From: a virus | Taxonomy: Duplodnaviria; Caudoviricetes | Strand: one strand, 5' to 3' | IMG/VR virus record: IMGVR_UViG_3300020403_000081 | Span: 1-25,286 of that record | DNA length: 25,286 bases | In this document: positions 11,001 to 18,769 of the stretch, piece by piece | Layout of the letters: every line of letters starts with the position of its first letter | Numbering within the stretch: position 1 is the stretch's first letter | Made by a program: the position numbers and the translations under genes | Notes under the pieces: generated by a model | What the model was told of the DNA's origin: nothing | Seen by the model: only the letters and a program-made list of their open reading frames with translations | Databases searched by the model: none

Positions 11001-14000
11001 TCACTTGTAAATCTAGTTGATGCATTGTCAAAGGAAGTTGCAGATCCACTTAATGCACTTGTGTTATCTAAAATATAATCGCCTTCATCTGATTCTTTTA
11101 ATAAACTATAAACATCAAAAGAAGTAACAAATTCTTGATCTCCATTATAACTGTATACTGCAAACTTATTGTTAAGCCAAGCAAGACTATATCCAAACAA
11201 TTCATTTTCATCACCTAAAGGTGGATATACAGACTGTGCAAGAGAAAATCCTGATGTTGTATTTTCATATATGTAAACTCTACCAGTGTCTATACCTTGC
11301 GTATCATCTAAAGGACTACTTATAATAAGTGTGTTTCCGTCAGGAGATATAGCAATGTCGGTTGCAAATCCTTGTGTACTATCTTCTAAAGTAAGTGTTT
11401 GATAATACACATATCTATTTGAAGATCCAGTAGTTTGTCTTCTATATATACTAACGCTATATCCCATAGTGCTAGTTTTTCCAGACATTACAATAACTTC
11501 TGCATCACTACTTACATCAAATTTGTAACCAATTAGACTTCCACTTGCGACTCCTAAAATATCGCTTTCTGAATAAAGCATATCTGAAGGAGGTATGTAT
11601 CCTTGATAATCTACATAAGAATCTAATTGAGACCAAGATGCAATATCCCAAGCACTTGAAAAAACATTTGTTTTTGCTTGATAAAGATTTCCTGCATAAA
11701 AAACTATGTCTCCAGTATAATAGTTTTTTGTATTTGCAAAAGAACCTTTGTATGATCTATCTCGTGAGTAGGAAAATAAATCTTCATTTGTTGTAGTATT
11801 TTCTAAGAAATTAATTCTTCCTTCTGCATCTAAACTATGAATAAAAGCAACAGATTCTCCATCCTTATTTACTCTTGCTTCAATTTGTCTGCCATATTGT
11901 CCGTTTTCTAAAGGTGTTTGACTGACTACTTGTGTCAAATCTTCATACGTGTTATTTCCGGTATTTCTTTTGTAAACATACACTATACCTTGATTAGATA
12001 ATGATGAACCATTTCCAGATATGTCTGCAGGAATAGATCCTACAGATTCCCAATCTTGTGTAAAATCATTTAATGTGCTTAAATCACCGTTGACTGCATT
12101 TTTTGCTTTCCATAAAATTCCTCTATCTGAAACAATATCTCCTGCTGAATAACTTCCTACTGGATCTATTTCGCCTTTGAATTTTGTTTTTACATTAGAT
12201 GCATTAGGTGCACCAACAAACAAATAATTTCCAGATTCTGTCAATGCTACTGCTTGTCCATAATTTGAATTGGAATCATGAATTGCTTGTCCAGGTTCTA
12301 GTGTTTGTATTTTTTGCCAGGCTTGTGTATTAATTACTCTGTCATATATTTCTACAACGCCATAACTTCCAGATCCTGGTCTTCCAATTGCTAAAATATT
12401 GTTAAATTTATTAGCGGATATAGAACTTGCAAATCCTTCGTCACTTGTACCTGGACTTGCTACTTTATTAGTTTTTGTAAAACTGCTGGTATTTTCTAAA
12501 ACTTGCCATTTACTATCTACGTCATCTACCCATATTTTTTCACCTTTAAATATGTCATTAGTGAAAAGATAATCGTTTGCTTTTTCTATATTATCAAATC
12601 TAACACTATTCAATACTACTACTGTACCTAATGTACTATCAGTTAAATCAATGCTATCTGTTGTAATAGGAGTATTTGTAAAAAATTCTACTTCATTTGA
12701 TGCAATTACTTTAGCAAGTCTAAAACCATTAATTTCTTCATTAACATTATAAAATCCAACAATATCATCTACTTGAAAATTTACAGGATCCCTAAAGGTA
12801 ACATTTATACCTAAAGTTGTTTTTGTTATGTTAGTTACATAATTTTCCAATTTAAAAACATTTAAAACATTCCAACTTTGTTTATCTTGCGTAACCCAGA
12901 TATTATCTCCTATATTAACATTATTAATATCTAACGCTAATATATCTTGTGTGGTTTTTACAATAAAATTAATTTGGTCATTTCTAACATATCCAGCAGT
13001 TTTTGTATATTCTTTTTCAGTTGTTAATAACGGAAATGGTTTATGATCATAATCATTTGGTTTAGAATAAACATCATTTAACGGATATTGATAAATTAAA
13101 TCTGTTCGTGTGTTATCAACTACCGGAACTAATTCTACAGGTTGTGGAGAAATTTGAAATTTATTTTCTTGCAGTTTATATTCAACAGTTTTAAAACTAT
13201 CAACTGCTCCGTACTGTCCTACTCTTAATCCCCATTCTTCATAAAATTCTAAACTTTCGCCAGTATTGGTACTTAATTTATCAAATAGTTTTGTAAGAAC
13301 ATTTTTTGTACCTTTGTCTTGAATAAATCCTTGAAAAAATTTGTATTGACTGATTTCGTCATTTATAATATTTTCTAAATATTGTCTTTTTTGATATCCG
13401 ATTAGATGTTGTGCAAGTCTTTGTTGTTCACTATCAAAGTTGTCAGAATCTAAATCATAAAAATCCTCAAATTGTGCTGATTTATAATCCATATTTGATA
13501 ATAATTTTGATTGAGGCTTGTCATCTAATATTTGCCATTTACTATTTTCAAATGAATTTTGGCTAGTATGTGTAACTTTTGCAATGTAATAAAATTGATT
13601 TTGTTTTACTAAATCGCCAATTTTGTAATCTTTAAATTTTTTCCATGCACTAAATCTTCCGTCTAGATATACAAAGCCTGGAATACTAAAAGCACCATTC
13701 CATTCTGTTCTATATCCTACGACTTTTAATCTATCTTGTTTGAATCCAGGTTCAGGATCATAAATGATATCATTAAAGACAGTTGTGTTATCAATAATTA
13801 CTACATGTTCTTTTTGTATTAAATCTATATTGCAAAAGAATATTCCATCATTTGTATCCACAGGCTTAACTGCAAATTCATTACCTGCATCTCTTTCAAA
13901 ATTAGTAAAAGTATTTTTTATGCTGTTACCTTCAGAATTTAAAATACTGTTTCTACCACTTTCTACATTTGCAACTATATAATTATCACGTACAAATTTT

Positions 14001-17000
14001 AATTTATTTGCCGCAGGACTTACAGTAAGTAAAGTTCCACTAGACCACGCTTGGGAAGTAAAAAATAAAAATTCTTTTGCCGCTAATGAAAAATTTTCAA
14101 CAGATTCAAATGCTGTGTTGAAAAAATCAAATATAAAACCGTTTTCTTCTAAATAATTACCGTATCCTAATATAAAATCTACAGTTTCCTGTACTGTAGG
14201 AATCACAGTATTATAGTCTAATTTGTAAGTATTATTTTTGTAAAAATTTCTGTTAAATCTTGCACTTGTACCTCCTACTATAGGTAATTCTTTCATAGGA
14301 GAATATAATGTATCATCAAATGTATCTTGACTTACATGGTTAGATTGTGCCCTATAAAATACATTTTGAAATTTTACTATTTGTCCGCTTATATAAGTTT
14401 TATTACTTGCCCAATCAACAAAAGATTCAGAAATTCCACCAACATTTATTATAGGATCATTTGCTGAAGGAATATTGTTGCTAACAAGAAAATAAGGCCT
14501 ACGTTTATCGTATCCAGATACTCTAAAACCTCCGGTTGTTTTTTCAATAACAATTCCGCTATATGACAACGAGTCTTGGCTGTTGCTTGTTTTTAATACT
14601 ATATCATAGTTTTCAGGTGGAACAAATATATTTCCTTTATTTAAAGGTGTCCTACTATCTAAAACAATTTTTAAATTTTCTTTATCAGCAAAACCGCCTA
14701 GTTTAAATCCAATATTATTTTTAACTTCCTGAAAATCGTCATAAAATTCTTCTATTTTTAATTGTATGTCAGAAGCAATATATGAGGTAATATAATTAAT
14801 TAGTCCTGATGTAAATATAGGTGTATCATTTTCAAAAGTATACTCCATACTTATATCACTTAATCTTAACCTTTTATCAGTTTTTGAATATACTAATAAT
14901 CCAGCAGGATCTCTTTTAATTCTGGATCTATCATATGTAAGTCCAAATACTTGAGCAGGAAAACTTAAAATTAATGCTTTTATTACAGCAAAGGGATAAC
15001 TTGCACTTCTTCTCCAAGCAGTTTCGGATACATGTTGATCTCCAAAACCAAAAAATCTCTTTGAAGTTATAAATGAAAATTCTCTCACTAATCCACTTGC
15101 TAATGGAGATAGCAAATTTCCATCATCATCAGAAGGAGGATGTTCTGACAATCCTGGTCTTACAAACTTTTTGTTATGTTTTACAATTTTGCCAGGTTCT
15201 TTTATAGCACCTTTTTCTATATCTTCCCACATAACAGTATTTTGCCTTGTGTAAGGGGCTGGTCCATATACTGTTTCCCACCAAGTTGGTTTTATAGTAA
15301 ACCCTAACATTTCCCAAGGTTTTAAATGAGGAATATCTGTGTCATATGCGTTACGATATACATTTCTCCAATAGCCTGTTAAATTATTGTTAAACTTATC
15401 TACAGAACCTTGATAGTTATATGTAAAAGAATTTCCTTGGATAATAGTTCCAATTCCATCTACTTCTGGAAAACCAGCAGTCGTTGACCAATCAGAAAAA
15501 TCTTTAATTAAAATATTATTAATATCATTAATACTGACTCCTGTATCTCTATAAGTACCAGGTAAAAAATCATGTATATCAAAAATTGAAGTATCGTATT
15601 CTACTTTGATGTTGTTAAAAATTCTTTTTTCTAATTCTAATAATAAATCATCTCTAAAATCATCGTATGCAACATTAAAACTTCCGTCATGACCTCTTAT
15701 AACTTTTTTTGATACAGGATATGTATTGTCTGTAATAATTTCTGGTTCATATTTAGGATATATTCCTAACTTACTAGGAGTTGAAGGTATGTGCATACCA
15801 TCAGTATTATCATATTCGTAAATATCAATTTTATCATCAAGCACAATACTTGCATTTATTTTTACAAAACCTCCTGTTTGGAATTCATAATCTTTTTTAT
15901 GAATTAATTGAACATTATTTTTGTATACTAGCACAGACCTATTAGTTACAGTTGTCAAATTAAAATCTTGAGATAAATTGTAAAAAGGATTAGAAATATC
16001 TTTTACAATATAACTTAATAATTTTCCTTCGCCAGGTGCAATCATATCACTAAAGAAAAACGGAGCAGTATTTTTTGAATTGACTGAAATATTTTTTAAA
16101 ATAAAATCAACATGTTTTTTCACACTTCCGTCAAAGCCACTTTCACCTGCAAAACTTATAAATTTATTTTTAAAACGTAGATATTCTGTAGATGCATATT
16201 CAATTGCTTCTATAATATTTGCATTTTCAGAAGTTAAATGATATAATGGTAAGTTTATTGGTCCACTATGCTGAACAAAAGTTCTTCCAAAAGGTTTTAA
16301 ATCGCCTAAGTCTCTTAAGTTACTTACTCCAGGATATAATCCATTAAATTCTTTTTGTTCTTCTATTACTGTGCTTACATGATTGTTTACTTCACCTAAT
16401 GTAAATTCGTTTACTTCGTTATTCAAAGGATTACTTACTAAATTTTTTGGTGTTTCGTAAAATCCATTATTGTTTTTTTGAGTTCTACTTCTACCTTTAA
16501 CAACAACAATGTCTGTTTCTACTAAATCATTTGTAAGTTTTATTAATCCTGCACTAATTGTATAGTCAGTATTTGCAAATAATAATTTGTTATTTTTTCT
16601 AACTGTGATTGATAAATCTGTTAGAGTGTTACTATTATCAAAAAAATCTATAGGTAAATTATTTGTTATTTCATTACCAAAAAATTGTCTAATTACAGAT
16701 TGTTTACTTTTAAGATTTGCTTTTATCCAACTATTTGTGTAAACAAAATTTGTTCCGTAATAATCATATTTTTTAAAATAAGCCGTGTCAGAATTAATTT
16801 CTGTAAGTGTATCATTTATTTGATATGCATATGTTTCTTGTGTTTGATTATTAGTAAAAACAATATCGCCTATATTTGCTATATTTTTATATTTTAAAGC
16901 AAAGCCTAGTTCAGAATCTACTGATCCTTCTCCTATTTTGTAAGAAAATATTTTGTTTCCTTTAAAAGAACTTGCAGGATAAGTTGTTTCATCACTTAAC

Positions 17001-18769
17001 GATATTCCATTTTTATCAAACATATCAAATAATGGAAATTGATTTACAGATGTTTTATCTTGTGCTGATTGCCATTTTATTCCATTGTAAAACAACATTT
17101 TACCAGCATAAGTTTTTCCTTTATTAGATAATACAGTTTCTCCAGTCACAGGAGTTGAATCTGGTTCTTCTATTAAAGAAATAGTACGTGTATTAAGATG
17201 TGTTAAAAAAGTTACTCTAAAAATTTTGCCAGCAACAAAACTGTCCGGATCTGCTGTAAATAATACACGCATGCCATCAGCCAAATCTACAGTATCTACA
17301 TTATAGCCAATTGCACCTTCTATATTGCTGAATACATCAGTTGTGTAATCATCTACTAAATCAACATTTGTTTTATTTTTCCAACCATGATTAAAAAGTT
17401 GTAAACCAGCATCAAATTCAATAATAGGTCTTTTTGCTCTGGCAGTTTCTGCTAAATCACTATCTATTCCTAACAATGTATTTGTAGTCTGTATAACTTC
17501 TTTATGTGTCCATCTATTATATCTTGCCCAACTGTTCCTGTCTGCACTATCACGCTTCATACAAATATAATCTTTTGTTCCAGCAAAACTTAATGCTTCA
17601 CTAAAAGGTAAAGTGTCAAAACCTTCTTCAGAAAATCCTATATCAGTATCAGTTGTAAAAGTTGCAGGCACTTCTAAATCAGATTCAGCAATAAGTTTAA
17701 TTTTTTCACCTACTCCTTCAACATACCAATTTCCTGTACTATATTTTGTTGGAGTAACTGTTCCTAAAAAATAAACTTTCATACCATTTGATAATGCCCA
17801 TTTATCATTTGTGGTATAAGTTTTTTTGCCAAGAATTTCTTCTTCAACATTTATTTCAGTATTTTCTTCTATATTTGCTATCGTGAATACACCACTTGTG
17901 TTAATATTATATTGACTAAGATAATATAAAACATCAGGAGCATCTTCTGGAACAGTAAATTCAATTATTCCTTTTTCTAAATATCCTGCATCAGTAAAAT
18001 ATGTAGTGCCTGCAGGGACTGTATCATCATCTATTTCTTCTGGTATAATTTTTATACCATCGGTATATATTGTACTAATATTTGCAGAACTATCATCTAA
18101 TGTTTTTCCTGGAAGAAAAGTTCTGTTTAAAGCAAAAGCCATAGGATGACCAGGACTATCTACCTGAAATTTATAAGTTTGTCCTCTATATAATTTTAAA
18201 GTCGGATTTTTTGTAAAACCATTTGGCGAAAACACAAAAGCATCATTATCATCATCTGCCTCTGTTGTAACTGTATATGTACTAATTACATTTTTTCCTT
18301 GTCCTTTAATACTTAAAGCATTAGGACCATTTGGTAACCAATAATATTCTCTAAAATTTGTAAATTTATCATAGTCTATATGAGGGTTCCAAGCATAAAA
18401 CTCTTGGCTATTTAATTTACTATGGTTTGAAACATTTCCGCCTTCTGCTTTGATACTACCTATATAATCAAGATAATCTTTAGTAAAGCGAATATTTCCT
18501 AATTCATCTTTTTTTACTAGATTAACATCTAGTTGATAATCGTTCCTATCTTTTCCAAAAGTATCTATATAATTATCATCTATTTTTCTAGCAGGTGCTT
18601 GTCTTTCTCCAACAAAGCCATTTAATTTTTCTACTTGCCCTGCTTGAAATAACTGATCTACTGTAGAATTTAAAAATTTATTATTTGTAGGAGTTTGAAA
18701 GTACTTTGGTAAAAAAGTTTTACTTTTTCTTTCAGGATTCTTTCCTACTGGCAAACCTTCATCAGACAT
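5027..18769 (-). CDS. Giant multidomain virion/baseplate protein (4580 aa), positional analogue of T4 gp7
   Basis: This is an uninterrupted 13.7-kb ORF directly after gp6 with a TAATG overlap. It contains a degenerate cupredoxin-like module, four CBM5/12-like repeats, FG-GAP-like propeller blades, two G.GY...P.V.I.G repeats, several V..NG.....DY...I.F..AP..G..I repeats and a C-terminal GERIEY.....L..LRRG..GT motif. It has only about 4 Cys. The gp7 assignment rests on synteny alone. Confidence 0.8.
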   Translation of the reverse strand: MSDEGLPVGKNPERKSKTFLPKYFQTPTNNKFLNSTVDQLFQAGQVEKLNGFVGERQAPARKIDDNYIDTFGKDRNDYQLDVNLVKKDELGNIRFTKDYLDYIGSIKAEGGNVSNHSKLNSQEFYAWNPHIDYDKFTNFREYYWLPNGPNALSIKGQGKNVISTYTVTTEADDDNDAFVFSPNGFTKNPTLKLYRGQTYKFQVDSPGHPMAFALNRTFLPGKTLDDSSANISTIYTDGIKIIPEEIDDDTVPAGTTYFTDAGYLEKGIIEFTVPEDAPDVLYYLSQYNINTSGVFTIANIEENTEINVEEEILGKKTYTTNDKWALSNGMKVYFLGTVTPTKYSTGNWYVEGVGEKIKLIAESDLEVPATFTTDTDIGFSEEGFDTLPFSEALSFAGTKDYICMKRDSADRNSWARYNRWTHKEVIQTTNTLLGIDSDLAETARAKRPIIEFDAGLQLFNHGWKNKTNVDLVDDYTTDVFSNIEGAIGYNVDTVDLADGMRVLFTADPDSFVAGKIFRVTFLTHLNTRTISLIEEPDSTPVTGETVLSNKGKTYAGKMLFYNGIKWQSAQDKTSVNQFPLFDMFDKNGISLSDETTYPASSFKGNKIFSYKIGEGSVDSELGFALKYKNIANIGDIVFTNNQTQETYAYQINDTLTEINSDTAYFKKYDYYGTNFVYTNSWIKANLKSKQSVIRQFFGNEITNNLPIDFFDNSNTLTDLSITVRKNNKLLFANTDYTISAGLIKLTNDLVETDIVVVKGRSRTQKNNNGFYETPKNLVSNPLNNEVNEFTLGEVNNHVSTVIEEQKEFNGLYPGVSNLRDLGDLKPFGRTFVQHSGPINLPLYHLTSENANIIEAIEYASTEYLRFKNKFISFAGESGFDGSVKKHVDFILKNISVNSKNTAPFFFSDMIAPGEGKLLSYIVKDISNPFYNLSQDFNLTTVTNRSVLVYKNNVQLIHKKDYEFQTGGFVKINASIVLDDKIDIYEYDNTDGMHIPSTPSKLGIYPKYEPEIITDNTYPVSKKVIRGHDGSFNVAYDDFRDDLLLELEKRIFNNIKVEYDTSIFDIHDFLPGTYRDTGVSINDINNILIKDFSDWSTTAGFPEVDGIGTIIQGNSFTYNYQGSVDKFNNNLTGYWRNVYRNAYDTDIPHLKPWEMLGFTIKPTWWETVYGPAPYTRQNTVMWEDIEKGAIKEPGKIVKHNKKFVRPGLSEHPPSDDDGNLLSPLASGLVREFSFITSKRFFGFGDQHVSETAWRRSASYPFAVIKALILSFPAQVFGLTYDRSRIKRDPAGLLVYSKTDKRLRLSDISMEYTFENDTPIFTSGLINYITSYIASDIQLKIEEFYDDFQEVKNNIGFKLGGFADKENLKIVLDSRTPLNKGNIFVPPENYDIVLKTSNSQDSLSYSGIVIEKTTGGFRVSGYDKRRPYFLVSNNIPSANDPIINVGGISESFVDWASNKTYISGQIVKFQNVFYRAQSNHVSQDTFDDTLYSPMKELPIVGGTSARFNRNFYKNNTYKLDYNTVIPTVQETVDFILGYGNYLEENGFIFDFFNTAFESVENFSLAAKEFLFFTSQAWSSGTLLTVSPAANKLKFVRDNYIVANVESGRNSILNSEGNSIKNTFTNFERDAGNEFAVKPVDTNDGIFFCNIDLIQKEHVVIIDNTTVFNDIIYDPEPGFKQDRLKVVGYRTEWNGAFSIPGFVYLDGRFSAWKKFKDYKIGDLVKQNQFYYIAKVTHTSQNSFENSKWQILDDKPQSKLLSNMDYKSAQFEDFYDLDSDNFDSEQQRLAQHLIGYQKRQYLENIINDEISQYKFFQGFIQDKGTKNVLTKLFDKLSTNTGESLEFYEEWGLRVGQYGAVDSFKTVEYKLQENKFQISPQPVELVPVVDNTRTDLIYQYPLNDVYSKPNDYDHKPFPLLTTEKEYTKTAGYVRNDQINFIVKTTQDILALDINNVNIGDNIWVTQDKQSWNVLNVFKLENYVTNITKTTLGINVTFRDPVNFQVDDIVGFYNVNEEINGFRLAKVIASNEVEFFTNTPITTDSIDLTDSTLGTVVVLNSVRFDNIEKANDYLFTNDIFKGEKIWVDDVDSKWQVLENTSSFTKTNKVASPGTSDEGFASSISANKFNNILAIGRPGSGSYGVVEIYDRVINTQAWQKIQTLEPGQAIHDSNSNYGQAVALTESGNYLFVGAPNASNVKTKFKGEIDPVGSYSAGDIVSDRGILWKAKNAVNGDLSTLNDFTQDWESVGSIPADISGNGSSLSNQGIVYVYKRNTGNNTYEDLTQVVSQTPLENGQYGRQIEARVNKDGESVAFIHSLDAEGRINFLENTTTNEDLFSYSRDRSYKGSFANTKNYYTGDIVFYAGNLYQAKTNVFSSAWDIASWSQLDSYVDYQGYIPPSDMLYSESDILGVASGSLIGYKFDVSSDAEVIVMSGKTSTMGYSVSIYRRQTTGSSNRYVYYQTLTLEDSTQGFATDIAISPDGNTLIISSPLDDTQGIDTGRVYIYENTTSGFSLAQSVYPPLGDENELFGYSLAWLNNKFAVYSYNGDQEFVTSFDVYSLLKESDEGDYILDNTSALSGSATSFDNASTRFTSENSDAGKIYIFEKTGNKYLYAEKTSINDSNSLSLKPYLYGNDNILYKAMPGNKQTNGNIGVVHEFFNSGNTSSWTKLAEKDSTVNLKDIKSVFLYDIKTQSVVQFLDYIDPIQGKIPGPSEQELSYKLPYDPAQYNIGTTNTGSGTPWDTKFEGKLWWDLSTVKWYNPYQGTTEYKSNTWNQLVPGYSVDVYEWVSSTLLPSEWDELADTTEGLAQGISGKSKYGDTTYSLYSVYDAEKQSSTNKYFYWVKNKKIIPNDNIRKISANAVALQIADPASTGYRFIEFIGNDRFVLNNCDSLINDSNTVLHIDYYSNGFVDQNIHTEYQIISENLSTSVPNEKIVTKYIDSLAGYDSLGKIVPDPDLGVSKKYGIENSPRQSMFVNRVEALKQVIERANLTLEQNLIVDDFDLSRLTSTDKQPSLNTGRYDVVVDTRSMLQYVAVAKVSRCTLTPIIEDGKIKEVTVTTPGRGYNATHPPVVEIEGTGTGAKVELVTNSLGQVTQANVIKEGNNYSDSTLLTVRKFSVLVKADETLGNRWAIYSFDAVNIGQEGVYFGFSKSANQAYNVNDYWSYIDWYETGYSAVTPINHYVDSSYQLDLILTNVGDVVKIANIGSGGWLLLEKIKEEENVDYTVNFKTIGRQNGTVKFNTTLYDRTSVGYDVSGFDSFFYDKEPTKEIRIILETLRDNIFVDNLKVEWNKIFFVGVRFALYEQKNVDWIFKTSFVKAKHNIGDLLQKVTFKNDNLENYQDYIAEVKPYATKIREYISAYNKTEATNTAVTDFDFSPYYSPLTNSIVTSNARFVDNLITDYSTIVDQYPQKYWYDNTKFEIEEIIIHKSGSGYTEPMVVTISGGNGPTLKGFAYITSGKVSKIEVDTAGQKYSSAPTVTIEGGAPEGGSQATAYAYIGNSPIKNMHLIMKFDRTSGVYTYTDINKTVDGNTDTNYLGTGSKTEYNLEWPINVTKNNLFVSVDGVESLSSEYTPSNVKDNSKGYDRFQGKITFNTAPKSGAKIRIEYKLDTNFLSAEDRINQYYNPTTGMFGKDLSQVMKGVDYDGVQLDSIDFGNEQGFDVAGYGTQWDTYDNTYNDEIITLDGSTIILQLTQTLETGVQYNVYLNNVRIDDPNYDGSTVTANPNAKMQTITGDGTTNTINFEPIAVTTKANDVVVVRRSTSDGSFTPNEEAYDISLSGGDLPYTTAQGLSSGEIVVDGDDFVTPTTSGGPEELVPGQLNDTLDLRVFSKVQDGHSMITVNSYTLDGSTLVFPIESLPQSIDATIVKVNNLPINPTNYTVDFPNKQLVLKSTYIQPTNGTLSIFSIGDNGENIIEVDFVKGDGSRKEFITSATWDDTHSALVTLNGKIQVLGTDVVIFKSNSNKFGLRFGTAPVDGSIITYSIYSSASQTYSQVVVDRSFIADGTRNVLEFNEETVPFSKKPLTHNILVRVKDKFLKAGYNIRHTMTSARQYGIETWQFPNYGTIESDEIMVLINSTLLSPDLYTWDPINGRINFITDSTGKIGDILEIYILGSGDYFFLDTQVEMSGLAEYPITKNTPIKFALADDSTVVNAIAFSSTDVPGTGGDTKIIQLFGFLRDLTTLKQKDSTPALVTIDGDSTLTSAVIENISYVESNNLTFKRTPFLNELVEVYLFSNHDIQKFDRISYDVRYQSAGLLEGSQDYITRNLLTRGFIKLNSTIIDAAYAWVIKNGTLLTPNVDYIIPNTLDGIQLNNYPADGDTIEVFHFSGTEMKPKYGFRIFKDMLDRTHYKRLNDENTYQLASDLNWYDTSINLVSSEGIEEPNVGSTVPGVIFIEGERIEYFQKTGNNLRQLRRGTLGTGTKQIYLKGTSVTGQGLDETIPYKDEIKTLTLIGDGSTTATAYMLDYIPQSIDEIDVYVAGKKLRKTSISRYNQAIAQDSTEADETVAADFSLAYNTDSSGNIVTADVVFATPPANGVKIEIIRKTGKLWNEILTNTTTKTLSDSNNKIARFITEKSFRLAK

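Noticed and set aside
5027-18769. Intein, intron or diversity-generating retroelement target explaining the giant ORF
   Set aside because: I saw no intein splice motifs or LAGLIDADG/HNH signatures, no frame interruption, and no reverse transcriptase or adenine-variant repeat pair.
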